Source: Phenylobacterium sp.
Lineage (GTDB): Bacteria; Pseudomonadota; Alphaproteobacteria; Caulobacterales; Caulobacteraceae
DNA: 54,273 bases
NCBI GenBank assembly: GCA_035656795.1
Contig: DASRRU010000108.1
Coordinates: 1-54,273, forward strand
Direction of reading: 5' to 3'
The position numbers and the translations under genes were made by a program. The notes under the pieces were generated by a model. That model was not told the origin of the DNA. It searched no databases and was given only the letters and a program-made list of their open reading frames with translations. Below, piece after piece: positions 37,259 through 47,682 of the stretch (position 1 is its first letter; every line of letters begins with the position of its first letter).

Positions 37259-38359
37259 CTAGCCTCGCAATGCCGCCGAGATCGCCGCCAGGCCGGCATC
37301 GAGCTCATCGGCCGTCGGCCAGCCGTAGCCCAGGCGGAAATAGCTGTCGGGTTGCTCGAACCAGTGACCGGGCCCGACGTAGGCGCCGTGATCTTCCAGC
37401 AGGCGGCGGTAGAAGCCCTCGGTCCCGTCCGCGGGCTCGGCGGTCATGCGTGGGAAGCAGACGACGCCGCCGCTGGGCTTCACCCACTCCAGGCCGTCCT
37501 CGCCGGCCATCCAGTCGCTGACGCGCTGCAGGCGCCGCCGCATTTCGACCAGCCGCGGCCCCAGGATCGCAGCGCGGTTCTCCATCACCTGTTCGGCGAC
37601 CCACTGGTCCATGACGCTGCCACAGATGCTGATCTGCTCGCTGGCCGCCAGGAACACCTCCTGCAATGCCGGGTCCCTGGTGATCAGCCAGCCGATGCGG
37701 ATGCCCGGCACACCATAGGCCTTGGAAAGCGACGAGACGCTGATCACATGCTTGCCCAGCGAGGCCGCCGGCGGCAGCGGGCCCTCGAAGGAAAGGTCGC
37801 GATAGGTCTCGTCCACCAGCAGGCGGCAGTTGTGAGCGGCCGTGAGGTCGACCAGCGCTCGCAACTCGGCCTCGGTCAGCATCACGCCGGTCGGATTGTG
37901 TGGGCAGGTCGCGCTGACGATCTTCGTGGCCGGTGTAATGGCGGCGGCCACCGCCTCGAGGTCGATGCGGAAGCCGTCCTCGAACGCGAGGTCCACATGC
38001 GTGGTCGCACAGCCGATGGCTCGCGGAGTCTCCAAGTTCGTCGCGTAGTTGGGCCGGACCACCACCAGGTGGTCGCTCGCACCCAGCAGTGAGGTGGCGA
38101 TGATGAACAGCGCGCCGGCCGCGCCGGTGGTCACCAGCACGTCGCCGGATGAGAGCCCCTGCCCGTCCGCCGCGATCAGTTCGCGCAGCCGCTCGCGACC
38201 CCGGTGTTCGCCATAGAGCAGCGGCATGTCGGGGATGGTCAGGCCGAGGTCGGACAGCTTCTGGTCGGCCACCGAACTTTCCGAGAGGTTCCAGCGGATG
38301 CGCGCGTAGCCGTACTCCTCCGGGCTCTCCACCTCGATCGGCATTCGGACATAGCGCAC
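37259..38359 (-). CDS. PLP-dependent aminotransferase class I/II
   Basis: PHNPTG, VDETY, SLSKAYGVPGIRIGW. Confidence 0.92.
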   Translation of the reverse strand: MRYVRMPIEVESPEEYGYARIRWNLSESSVADQKLSDLGLTIPDMPLLYGEHRGRERLRELIAADGQGLSSGDVLVTTGAAGALFIIATSLLGASDHLVVVRPNYATNLETPRAIGCATTHVDLAFEDGFRIDLEAVAAAITPATKIVSATCPHNPTGVMLTEAELRALVDLTAAHNCRLLVDETYRDLSFEGPLPPAASLGKHVISVSSLSKAYGVPGIRIGWLITRDPALQEVFLAASEQISICGSVMDQWVAEQVMENRAAILGPRLVEMRRRLQRVSDWMAGEDGLEWVKPSGGVVCFPRMTAEPADGTEGFYRRLLEDHGAYVGPGHWFEQPDSYFRLGYGWPTADELDAGLAAISAALRG

Positions 38360-38371
38360 GTGGGACGGCTC

Positions 38372-39124
38372 CTAGCTGCGGGTGAAGACCGGTTCGCGGC
38401 GTTCGCGGAAGGCGGAGACGGCGGCCCTGTGGTCGGCGGAGCGACGCAGGGTCCGAAGCTCCGGCGCGGCCATGGCGTTGAACTCTTCGGGTGACAGGTC
38501 CGGAGCGCGGTTGGCGGTGCGCTTGCTGGCCTCCACTGATAGCGGCGCGCGGCTGGCGATGCGTTCGGCGAGCGCGATGGCCGCGGCGCGCAGGTCGTCC
38601 GGCGCGTGCAGGCCGGTGACCAGGCCGTAGCGCTCGGCGGTCTCGGCGTCGTGCGGCGATCCGGTCAGCAGCATCGCCTTGGCGCGGCCGACGCCGATCA
38701 GACGCGGCAGGCGATAGGTCGAGGCCATCAGCCCCACATTGACGCCGGCGCAGACGAACTTCGCCTCGGTGGAGGCCAGCCGGATGTCGCAGCACAGCGC
38801 CAGCTCGAACCCACCGCCGACGCACCAGCCGTTGACCGCCGCCACCACCGGGACCCGCGTCGCCTCCAACCGGTCGAGCAGCCGGCCGAACCCCGCTAGG
38901 TCCTCACCGCCAGGGCCGGTGTTCTTCAGGTCGTCGCCGGCGCAGAAGGCGCGGCCTTTGCCGGTGACGATCAGGCAGCGGAGCGCGTCGTTGGCCTCCA
39001 TCTGGTCCAGCGCCGCCATGAAGGTCTGGCGCATCGCCTCGCCCAGGGGGTTCATCGGCGGGTTGTCGATCTCCAGCAGAACCACGGCCTCGCTGACCGG
39101 CTGGACATGCACCTGACCGCTCAT
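38372..39124 (-). CDS. Enoyl-CoA hydratase/isomerase family protein
   Basis: AFCAGDDL, AVNGWCVGGGFEL; start MSGQ overlaps the upstream stop (ATGA). Confidence 0.9.
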   Translation of the reverse strand: MSGQVHVQPVSEAVVLLEIDNPPMNPLGEAMRQTFMAALDQMEANDALRCLIVTGKGRAFCAGDDLKNTGPGGEDLAGFGRLLDRLEATRVPVVAAVNGWCVGGGFELALCCDIRLASTEAKFVCAGVNVGLMASTYRLPRLIGVGRAKAMLLTGSPHDAETAERYGLVTGLHAPDDLRAAAIALAERIASRAPLSVEASKRTANRAPDLSPEEFNAMAAPELRTLRRSADHRAAVSAFRERREPVFTRS

Positions 39125-40308
39125 GCGGGACTCTCCATCTTGCGTTCGACGGCTGCCGCGCCGGAGGCGATCAAGGCGTCGATCTCGGCGGCCGAGAAGC
39201 CCGCCTCGATCAGCACCTCGCGCGTGTGCTCGCCCACCTCGGCGGGGCCGCGGGTCAGGGCCACCGGCGTGTCGTGCAGCTTGATCGGGGTGCGCGGGAA
39301 CGACCGCCCGCCGGCCTCGGCGAGCAGGCCGCGGGCCTTGATCTGCGGATCGTCCCAAGCCTCGGCGATCGTGTTCAGGGGCCCGGCGGGGACGCCCTTG
39401 GCCTCCAGCTTCAACACCCAGTTCGCGGAGGTGTCGGTGGTCAGGATCGCCTCAATGCGCGCCTGCAGGGCGTCGCGGTTCTTCATCCGGCCACCCGTCG
39501 AGTCGAAGCCGGGCTCATCGGCCAGCGCGGTGTCACCCAGCGCCTCGCAAAACCGCCGCCACAGCCGCTGGCTGTTCACGCCCACCACCATGTGACCGTC
39601 GGCGGTCTTCAGCGCCTCATAGGGCGCCGCCAGCCGATGGCGCGCGCCGTTCCGCTCGGCCACCGCGCCAGTGGTCAGGTACATGCCGCTTTCCCAGATC
39701 GTGTAGGCCAACGCCGACTCCAGCAGCGAGCTCTCCACCTGCTGCCCCTTGCCCGTCGCGTGGCGGCTCTGGATCGCGGCCAGCACGCCCACGGCGGCGA
39801 ACAGCCCGGCGTTGAGATCGGAGATCGGCACCGCCGTCGAGCACGGGGTCTGACTGCCGGCCTCGCCCACGAAGCTCATGATGCCGCTCATCGCCTGGGC
39901 GATCAGGTCGAAGCCGCCGCGGCTGCGGTAGGGCCCGTCCAGGCCAAAGCCGGAAACCGAGCAATAGACCAGCCGCGGGTTGATCTTCGAAAGCTCGCCG
40001 TAGCCCAGGCCCATGCGGTCGAGCGATCCGGGGCGGTAGTTCTCGACGAAGACGTCCGCTGTCTCGGCCAGCCTGCGAGCGACCGCCGCCCCGCGCTCGG
40101 TCGTCAGGTCGAGTGCGATGGCGCGCTTGTTGCGGTTCACGAAGTCGAAGGCGCGGAAGGCCGCCCCTTCCATCCCGCGCGTGCTCTCTCCCGCAGGCGG
40201 CTCGATCTTGACCACGTCGGCGCCCAGGTCGGCCAGGATCATCGAGCAGTAGGCGCCGGCGATGACATGGGTGCAATCCAGAACCTTCAGACCGGTCAGC
40301 GCCCCCAT
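39121..40308 (-). CDS. CaiB/BaiF family CoA-transferase
   Basis: GADVVKIEP, NRNKR, ENYRPG, GGFDLIAQAMSG. Confidence 0.93.
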   Translation of the reverse strand: MGALTGLKVLDCTHVIAGAYCSMILADLGADVVKIEPPAGESTRGMEGAAFRAFDFVNRNKRAIALDLTTERGAAVARRLAETADVFVENYRPGSLDRMGLGYGELSKINPRLVYCSVSGFGLDGPYRSRGGFDLIAQAMSGIMSFVGEAGSQTPCSTAVPISDLNAGLFAAVGVLAAIQSRHATGKGQQVESSLLESALAYTIWESGMYLTTGAVAERNGARHRLAAPYEALKTADGHMVVGVNSQRLWRRFCEALGDTALADEPGFDSTGGRMKNRDALQARIEAILTTDTSANWVLKLEAKGVPAGPLNTIAEAWDDPQIKARGLLAEAGGRSFPRTPIKLHDTPVALTRGPAEVGEHTREVLIEAGFSAAEIDALIASGAAAVERKMESPA

Positions 40309-40321
40309 GGCCGGTTCCTCC

Positions 40322-40903
40322 CTAGCCCGCCGGCGCCAGGACGCAGGCCCGGGCCAGCGAGACCCGGGTCAGGTCGCGCCGGCGCGCGAAGGCGGCGCGG
40401 GCGGTCTCGGCCGGACTGCGGCTCTTCTGCCATTCGTTCAGGTCCCTGTAGCCGGTCATCAGCAGCAGACGCCGCGCGCCCTCCAGCAGATCGTCCTTGC
40501 TGGGTTCGGCGGCGAACAGGCCGAAGATCCTCGTTTCGAAGTGGCCTTCGAAATCCGGCCAGGCCTCGCCGGAAAGCCTGACGAACTCGTCGAAACCGCT
40601 CGCGTCGATCGTGAACCAGTTGTGGACATAGACCCCCATGGCCGCCGGCCGCGCGCCATCGGCGGGGCGGATGGTCGGCGTCAACCGGTGGCGCTCAGCA
40701 GAGACGACGCCGGGGGCGCGCATCACCGCCTCGACCGGCGCACTCGCCGAGGTCAGCACCAGCGCCTGGTTGGAGGCGAAGCCCAGCAGCGGCGAGAAGA
40801 CCGCGACAGCCGCTGGCCCGAGCGTCTGATGGACGTGGTCGGCCAGGGCCTTCTGAGCGGCGCGATCGCGCCTAAGGTGCAGCTCATAGTAGTTATATTC
40901 CAT
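40322..40903 (-). CDS. Hypothetical protein, possibly NIPSNAP-like alpha/beta barrel
   Basis: In-operon ORF; LLMTGYRDLNEWQKSR resembles NIPSNAP/dimeric barrel motifs. Confidence 0.6.
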   Translation of the reverse strand: MEYNYYELHLRRDRAAQKALADHVHQTLGPAAVAVFSPLLGFASNQALVLTSASAPVEAVMRAPGVVSAERHRLTPTIRPADGARPAAMGVYVHNWFTIDASGFDEFVRLSGEAWPDFEGHFETRIFGLFAAEPSKDDLLEGARRLLLMTGYRDLNEWQKSRSPAETARAAFARRRDLTRVSLARACVLAPAG

Positions 40904-40913
40904 GGCCTTGCGC

Positions 40914-41684
40914 CTAGTAATTCACGCGCTGGGTGATCGCACCATCGACGATCATGTTGATCCCGGTCGTGAAGGCCGAGCGCGGGCTGGCCAGGAACAC
41001 GGTCGCGGCCGCAATCTCCTCCGGCGTGGCCATCCGGCCGGTGGGATTACGCTTGATCATCTGGTCGAAGAACCCGGGCATATTCTCCTTCACGTTGCCC
41101 CAGACGCCGCCCTCGAAGAACACGGTCCCCGGCGAGACCACATTGCAGCGCACCTTGTTGACCGCGTTCTGCCGCGCCACGCCCTTGGCGAAATGGATCA
41201 GCGCCGCCTTCATTGCGCCGTAGGATGAGGGATTGTCCGAGTTCACCGCGGAGACCGACGAGGTGATGATGAAGGCGGCGTCGCCGGTCTTGGCGGCCGC
41301 GGCGGTGAGCAGCGGCCTGGCCGCCTCCCAGGTCCGCACGGCGCCCAGCATGTCGATGTCGAACATCGCCTGCCAGTCGGCCACGGTGTTCCCCTGCACC
41401 AGCGCGCTGGCGTTGGACACCAGGACGTCGAGGCCCCCCAGGGTCTCGGCGGCCTTGACGACGAAAGCCTGCAAGGCCGGCCCGTCGGCGATATCCACCA
41501 CCTCGCCCCAGGCCTTCACACCCCGGCCTTCCAGAGCCTTGACCGTCTCGGCGACCTGTTCGGCGTTGCGGGCGCAGATGGCGACATTGGCGCCTTCATC
41601 GGCGAAGGCTTCGGCGATCGAACGGCCGATGCCGCGCGTGCCGCCGGTCACCACCGCGGTCTTGCCCTTGAGTTGCAGATCCAT
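40914..41684 (-). CDS. Short-chain dehydrogenase/reductase
   Basis: TGGTRGIG, YGAMK, NVVSPG. Confidence 0.93.
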   Translation of the reverse strand: MDLQLKGKTAVVTGGTRGIGRSIAEAFADEGANVAICARNAEQVAETVKALEGRGVKAWGEVVDIADGPALQAFVVKAAETLGGLDVLVSNASALVQGNTVADWQAMFDIDMLGAVRTWEAARPLLTAAAAKTGDAAFIITSSVSAVNSDNPSSYGAMKAALIHFAKGVARQNAVNKVRCNVVSPGTVFFEGGVWGNVKENMPGFFDQMIKRNPTGRMATPEEIAAATVFLASPRSAFTTGINMIVDGAITQRVNY

Positions 41685-41703
41685 AGGGATGCCTCTTCTG
41701 ATG

Positions 41704-43107
41704 TCAGCCTGTCTTGAACAGGTCTCCGTAGCGATCGCGTAGCAGGTTCTTCTGGACCTTGCCCATGGCGTTGCGCGGCAGCTCGTCGACGAAAACGATC
41801 CGCTTGGGCGACTTGTAGGGCGCGAGCTGGCGGCGGCATTCGGCGATCATCGCCGCCTCGTCCCCGGCCCCGATCACCACCGCCACCACGCCCTCGCCGA
41901 AGTCAGGGTGCGGAATGCCAACCACCGCGCTTTCGGCGACGCCGCCGAGTTCGTCGAGCACCAGCTCGATCTCCTTGGGATAGACGTTGTAGCCGCCGGA
42001 AATGATCAGGTCCTTGGCCCGGCCGCTGATCCAGACGCGCCCGTCCGGGTCGCGATGGCCCACATCGCCGGTCTTGAAAAAGCCGTCGGCGGTGAACTCC
42101 TCGGCGGTCTTTTCGGGCATTCGCCAATAGCCGGAGAAGACGCTGGGCCCGCGGATCTCGATGACGCCGGTCGCCGAGCCGCCACCGATGCGCAGCTCCA
42201 CGCCCGGCAGGGGAAAGCCGACGCTCCCGGGGATGCGCGCACCGTCCAGAGGATTGGAAGTGATGATCACCGCCTCGCTCATGCCGTAGCGCTCCAGGAT
42301 ACGCATGCCCGTGCGCCCTTCGAACTCCGTGAAGGTCGATTCCAGCAGCGGTGCGGAGCCTGAAATGAACAGGCGCATGTGCGCGGCGCGCTCGGCCGTG
42401 AACTCCGGGTTGGCCAGCAGGCGGGTGTAGAAGGTCGGCACCCCCATCATCACCGTGGACTGGGCGAGGCCCGCGATCACCTGGGCATCCTCGAAGCGGG
42501 GCAGCCAGACCATCGGAGCGCCGGAGAGGAAGGCGCAGTGCAGGGCCACGAACAGCCCATGGACGTGGAAGATCGGGAGCGCATGCAGCAGCACGTCGTC
42601 CGGCGTGAACCCCCAGGCCTGGTGCAGGGCCACGGCGTTGGCGGCCAGGTTGCCGTGGCTCAGCATGGCGCCCTTGGAGCGGCCCGTGGTCCCGCTGGTG
42701 TAGATCAGCGAGGCGAGGTCGCCGTCCTGGCGCGCGACGGCCTGCTCCAGCGGCGCAGCCGATCGCGCCTCGGCGAGGAAGGTCTTCGGATCGGTGACCA
42801 ACAGGGCGGGCTCGGCATCGGCCGCGAAGTGGTCCACCTCGGCGGCCGTATAGGCGGCGTTGAGCGGCAGGAAGACCGCGCCGGCCTTCAGCACGCCCAG
42901 ATAGAACATTACCGCCTCGACCGATTTATCAGCCTGTAGTCCGACCCGGTCACCCGGCCGGACGCCCTTGGCCGTCAGGTGGCCGGCGGCCTGGGCCGCG
43001 CCGCTTTCCAGCTCGGCGTAGCTGACCTCACCGCCGTCGCTCAGCAGGAACGCCGGTTTGGACCGATCCGCCGGAAAGCCGCCTGCCAGAAGGTCGTAAA
43101 GGTTCAT
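41704..43107 (-). CDS. matB: Acyl-CoA synthetase, malonyl-CoA synthetase (MatB)-like
   Basis: YTSGTTGRSKG, LPIFHVHGL, ERYGMSE, SGGYNVYPKE, PRNAMGKVQK. Confidence 0.75.
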   Translation of the reverse strand: MNLYDLLAGGFPADRSKPAFLLSDGGEVSYAELESGAAQAAGHLTAKGVRPGDRVGLQADKSVEAVMFYLGVLKAGAVFLPLNAAYTAAEVDHFAADAEPALLVTDPKTFLAEARSAAPLEQAVARQDGDLASLIYTSGTTGRSKGAMLSHGNLAANAVALHQAWGFTPDDVLLHALPIFHVHGLFVALHCAFLSGAPMVWLPRFEDAQVIAGLAQSTVMMGVPTFYTRLLANPEFTAERAAHMRLFISGSAPLLESTFTEFEGRTGMRILERYGMSEAVIITSNPLDGARIPGSVGFPLPGVELRIGGGSATGVIEIRGPSVFSGYWRMPEKTAEEFTADGFFKTGDVGHRDPDGRVWISGRAKDLIISGGYNVYPKEIELVLDELGGVAESAVVGIPHPDFGEGVVAVVIGAGDEAAMIAECRRQLAPYKSPKRIVFVDELPRNAMGKVQKNLLRDRYGDLFKTG

Positions 43108-43163
43108 CCCTCTCCATTATGGCCGGCGCCGTCTTTGCGCCAGTCTCCCGCATGCCGCCGGGC

Positions 43164-43373
43164 TCAGCGACCGTCGGGATAGCGGAACACCATGCCGCCG
43201 CGGCCGTCGAACACCATGTATCTGACAGGCGGGCCGTGCTCGAACGTCTCGGAGGCGAACAACATGGCGGCCTGCAGTTTGGCGTCGTCCGCGTCTTCGG
43301 CCTCAAGCCGTTCGGTGCGCGCCGCGATCTTTGTGGCCGCTGGCCATTCGAAGACGAGGATAAAGGCGCTCAT
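43164..43373 (-). CDS. Small hypothetical protein (69 aa)
   Basis: MSAFILVFEW...AKLQAAMLFA...RYMVFDGRGGMVFRYP; protein-like, host-like codon usage. Confidence 0.6.
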   Translation of the reverse strand: MSAFILVFEWPAATKIAARTERLEAEDADDAKLQAAMLFASETFEHGPPVRYMVFDGRGGMVFRYPDGR

Positions 43374-43580
43374 GCGCCGACGATCCGCCGAACATGGCGG
43401 AAAACACTGATCAGCACACGTACTCTCCCGAACGGATATCACCCTTCAGGACTTAACGCCGCGCCTCGCGTGACCCCTCAGCTCATCCACGCCGAGATAT
43501 CAATTTAGGATCCAAATCTATTCTCCGCACACGGACGTAAGCCTCGTCCATTGGGATTCCTTGCAAGGGGGGTCAGGCGG

Positions 43581-46289
43581 TCAGCCGGTGTTTCTGAGAC
43601 CCGCCGCCACACCGTTGATGGTCAGGTGGATGCCCTCCTTGACCGCCTCGTCCTGATCGCCTCGCCTGCGGCGGCGGATCAGCTCGATCTGCAGGTGGTT
43701 GAGCGGGTCGATGTAGGGCAACCTCGAGCGGATGGCGGCGGCCAGGTCCGGGTCCTTTTCCAGCATCTGCGATTGGCCGGTGATGGTCAGCAACGCCTCG
43801 CAGGTCCGCTCCCACTCGGCCTTGATCTGCCCGAAGATGTGGTCGCCCAGCGCCCTGTCCTCGATGAGACCCGCGTAGCGCCCCGCGATGGCCATGTCGG
43901 ACTTGGCCAGCACCATCTCCATGTTGGCCAGCGCCGAGGAGAAGAAAGGCCATGTCGCGTGCAGGTCCGCCAATTCCTCGATTGGAACCCCGGCGTCGCG
44001 CACGCCCGAGCCGAAGCCGAACCAGCCCGGCAGCATGATCCGCGACTGGGCCCAGGAAAACACCCAAGGGATCGCGCGCAGGCCCGCAATGCTGCGGGTG
44101 GTCTGGCGCGAGGTCGGTCGGCTGCCGATGTTCAGGTCGGCGATCTCGGTGATCGGGGTTGCGCCATAGAAGTAGTCGATGAACCCCGGGGTGTCGTGGA
44201 CCAGGGCCCGGTAGGCGGCCATCGAACCCCGGCTGAGCGCCTCCATGGCCCGGGCGTGCGGCTCGGCGACGGTGGCGTGCGACTCGTCGCGGAATGAAGC
44301 CAGGACCATGCCGGCGGTGAGCGTTTCGAGGCTCTGCCTTGCGAGCTCCGGGTCGGCGTATTTGTTGGCCACCACCTCGCCCTGCTCGGTGACGCGGATA
44401 CGCCCGTTCACCGTGCCGCCTGGTTGAGCAAGAATGGCCTCGAAGCTGGAGCCGCCGCCGCGTCCCACCGCCCCGCCCCGGCCATGGAACAGTTGCAGCC
44501 GCAGTCCCTCGTCGCGGGCGACGCCGGCGAGCGCGCGGGACGTCTGGTAGAGCTCCCAGGTCGAGGTCAGATAGCTGCCGTCCTTGTTAGAGTCCGAATA
44601 GCCGATCATCACTTCCTGAAGGCCGATCGGCTCGACCAGTTTGCGGATCAGCGGCAGGGCCAGATAGGCCTTCAGGGTCTGCGGCGCAGCGCGCAGGTCA
44701 ACGATGGTCTCGAACAGCGGCTCGGCGAAAATCTGGGCCACTGGCGGTCGGCTCGCCCCATCGCCCGGCGTGAACAGGCCGACCTCTTTCAGAAGCAGAT
44801 AGACCTCCAGCAGATCGGAGACCGAGGTGGTGTTCGAAACGATGTAGGAGCGGATGGCGTCGCGCCCGTAGAGCCGCTTCACGTCCGCCGCGGCCTGCAG
44901 GATGGCGTACTCCCGCACCGTCTCCTCACCGTAGGCCTCGTAGGGAGAATGCAGCAGCCGCCCGTGGCCCAGCTCCGCCAAGAGGAGTGCGCAGCGCGCC
45001 GCCTCGTCCAGGCTTGCATAGTCGGCGCAGACGCCGGCCGTCTTCAGCAGCTCCGCCACCACCCGCTCGTGCGCCGACGAGTTCTGACGCATGTCCAGGC
45101 GGGCCAGGTGGAAGCCGAAGGTGTCCACCGCGCGGATCAGGTCGGGCAGCGGACCGCGGGCGAACAGGTCACCGTGATTGGCGATCAGGCTGGCCAGCAC
45201 GGTCTCCAGGTCGGCCTTGAAAGCGTCGGGCGAGCCATAGGGTTCAGCCTGGACGGCAGGCGGCCGCGCCGGCGCCTCGCCCACCAACAGCTGATAGGTC
45301 GCCGCCAAGCGCGCATAGACGCCCGTCAGGGCCTGGCGATAGGGTTCGTCCGCCCGCTGGGCCGAGGCGTCGTGCGCCAGGTCGGCCAGCGCCCGCAGTT
45401 GGTTGCTCACCGTGGCGAGCCGCGCCGACTGCGAGAGCTCCGCACCCAGGGCGTGCACACCATCGAGGTAGTTGGCCATCACCGCGCGGGCCTGCCGCGC
45501 CATCGCCGCGCGCATCACCTCGGCGGTCACGAACGGATTGCCATCCCGGTCCCCGCCCACCCAGGAGCCAACCCGCAGGAAGCTGTTCAGGTCCGGTGGA
45601 TGGCCCAGCACCTCCATCCAATGGGCGTAGAGCCGCGGCAGCTCCGGCAGGAAGCTGCGCTCGAAGTAGGAGACCGCGTTCTCCACCTCGTCATCGACGC
45701 CCGGCTTCACCGAACGCAGGAGCCGCGTGCGCCAGAAGATCGAGACCTGGCGCTTCAACTCCCGCTCGATATCGTTCCGCTCCAGATCGGTGCGGGCGTG
45801 GTCGTAGGCGTCAAGCTCGGTGGAGATGGCGCAAACCCGGTCGAGCACGCTCTTGCGGCGCACCTCGCTGGGGTGGGCGGTGATCACCGGCGCAACCAGC
45901 GCGCCCTGCAGCAGCGCCACCACCTGGTCCAGACCGACGCCCTCCACCGCCAGGGCGCGGATCGCCCCGGCCAGGGTGTCGGGGCGATCGTCGCCGCCGC
46001 GGCCACGGCGACGCTGGATCTGATCCTCTGCGATGTTGGTGATCTGCAGGAAGCAGGCGAAGGAGTGGGCGAAGCGCACCGTGTCAGGCAGGCTGAGCGC
46101 GCCCAGCCGTTCGGCCATGGCCTTGGCGGCGGCGCTCGTACCCTCGCGGTGGAACGCCACCGAGGCCTTGCGGGTATCCTCGATCTGGTTGAACACCGCT
46201 TCGCCATCCTCGGCGCGGATCACGTCACCCAGCACGCGCCCCAGGAACCGGGTCGTGGCGCGAAGCTGATCCGGCATCGGCGTGACCAT
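43581..46289 (-). CDS. ppc: Phosphoenolpyruvate carboxylase
   Basis: VITAHPSE, WVGGDRDGNP, MIGYSDSNKDG, FHGRGGAVGRGG, LRAIPWVF, C-terminal LRNTG. Exact start uncertain. Confidence 0.96.
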   Translation of the reverse strand: MVTPMPDQLRATTRFLGRVLGDVIRAEDGEAVFNQIEDTRKASVAFHREGTSAAAKAMAERLGALSLPDTVRFAHSFACFLQITNIAEDQIQRRRGRGGDDRPDTLAGAIRALAVEGVGLDQVVALLQGALVAPVITAHPSEVRRKSVLDRVCAISTELDAYDHARTDLERNDIERELKRQVSIFWRTRLLRSVKPGVDDEVENAVSYFERSFLPELPRLYAHWMEVLGHPPDLNSFLRVGSWVGGDRDGNPFVTAEVMRAAMARQARAVMANYLDGVHALGAELSQSARLATVSNQLRALADLAHDASAQRADEPYRQALTGVYARLAATYQLLVGEAPARPPAVQAEPYGSPDAFKADLETVLASLIANHGDLFARGPLPDLIRAVDTFGFHLARLDMRQNSSAHERVVAELLKTAGVCADYASLDEAARCALLLAELGHGRLLHSPYEAYGEETVREYAILQAAADVKRLYGRDAIRSYIVSNTTSVSDLLEVYLLLKEVGLFTPGDGASRPPVAQIFAEPLFETIVDLRAAPQTLKAYLALPLIRKLVEPIGLQEVMIGYSDSNKDGSYLTSTWELYQTSRALAGVARDEGLRLQLFHGRGGAVGRGGGSSFEAILAQPGGTVNGRIRVTEQGEVVANKYADPELARQSLETLTAGMVLASFRDESHATVAEPHARAMEALSRGSMAAYRALVHDTPGFIDYFYGATPITEIADLNIGSRPTSRQTTRSIAGLRAIPWVFSWAQSRIMLPGWFGFGSGVRDAGVPIEELADLHATWPFFSSALANMEMVLAKSDMAIAGRYAGLIEDRALGDHIFGQIKAEWERTCEALLTITGQSQMLEKDPDLAAAIRSRLPYIDPLNHLQIELIRRRRRGDQDEAVKEGIHLTINGVAAGLRNTG

Positions 46290-46401
46290 GCTCGAACGAT
46301 GGCCACAGCCGATCGTGCGCGTCATCTGGTTTCCTGACGCCATAGCAGCGATAGTCTCCCGTTCCACGATGGACGGCTCAAAGCCCACCCCAAAGGATTT
46401 C

Positions 46402-47671
46402 ATGACACCCGACGACGCGCTTGCCCGCATTCGCCGATATAATGGCCGACTGAACGCGTTCGTCCGGGTGTTCGATCCGGCGCTGGGCGACGGCGCCGGG
46501 CCGGTCTTCGCCATCAAGGACCTGTTCGACGTCAAGGGCGTCCCCACCGGCGGCGGGGCGCAGGTTCCTCTGAGCGAAGATCCCGCGGCCAACGCGGTGG
46601 TGGTGCAGCAATTGCTCGACGCCGGCTGGCGGGCGGTGGGCAAGACCCAGACCGTTGAGCTGGCCTACGGCGGCTGGGGCACGAACCGTGCGGTGGGCGC
46701 GCCCTGGAACCCCTGGGATTCGAAGGTTCACCGGGCGCCCGGCGGCTCCTCCTCCGGATCGGCGGCGGCGGTGGCGGCGGGGCTGTGCGACGCTGCCCTG
46801 GGCAGCGACACCGGCGGCTCTGTGCGCATCCCGGCGGCGACCTGCGGCGTCGTGGGACTGAAGCCCGGTCGCGGCCTGGTCAGCCTGAAGGGGGTCCATC
46901 CCCTGGCGCCGGCGCTGGACACCGTGGGCGCGCTCGCCAAGGACGTGGCCACCGCCGCACGGATGCTGGGGATCATCTCAGGCCCCGATGGCGCGGCCGC
47001 CGGGCGCGGGCCCTTCGACGCTGAGGCGGCCCTGACCGGCGAGGTCGAGGGCCGGCGCCTGGCCGCCATCCCGCTCGAACACCTGGGCGAGGTCGACGCC
47101 GACGTGGGCCGCCTCTATCTGGCTGCGCTGGACCGCCTGCGCAAAGTCGGCGTCACCGTCCAGATGGTCCGCCCGCCGAAGGCGCTGGACGAGAGCTTCG
47201 CGCCCAACGGCCTGCTGATGGCTGGCGAAGGCTGGCGGATCTGGCGCGAGCGTCGAGCGACACGGCAAGGTCATGGATCCCTGGATCGTCAAGCGCTTCG
47301 AGGTCGGCCGCGACATCTCCGATGAGCGGCTCGCCGAAGCCCACGACCAGCGCGCGGCCGACCAGCGGGAATTCCACGCCTGGCTCGCTGCCTACGACGG
47401 ACTGGCCACGCCCACCTGTCCGATTCCCGGTCCGCCGATGGACCAGGTGGACGAGACCACCTCTCCGCTCAGCCGCCTGACGCGGGCCGCCAACTATCTC
47501 GACCTGCCCGGGATCAGCGTCCCCTGCGGCCTGACCGGCGAAGGTATGCCGGCCGGCCTGCAGATCATCGGCCGACCGCGCGACGAGGCCAGCGTCGTTG
47601 CCCTGGGCGCGGCGTTCGAAAAGGTCAGCGGCTGGAATGGCCGAAGCCCCGACATGTCAGGCTTCGGCTAA
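46402..47671 (+). pseudogene. Amidase signature family protein, frameshifted near 47252
   Basis: IKDLFD, GGSSSGS, GSDTGGSVRIPA in the first frame. The C-terminal half (MDPWIVKRF...PGISVPCG...PAGLQIIG) continues in another frame. Confidence 0.8.
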
Positions 47672-47682
47672 ACCCTTGGCGC

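Noticed and set aside
46290-46643. N-terminal extension making ppc 1020 aa
   Set aside because: It overlaps the divergent amidase; PEPC similarity begins near MPDQLR.
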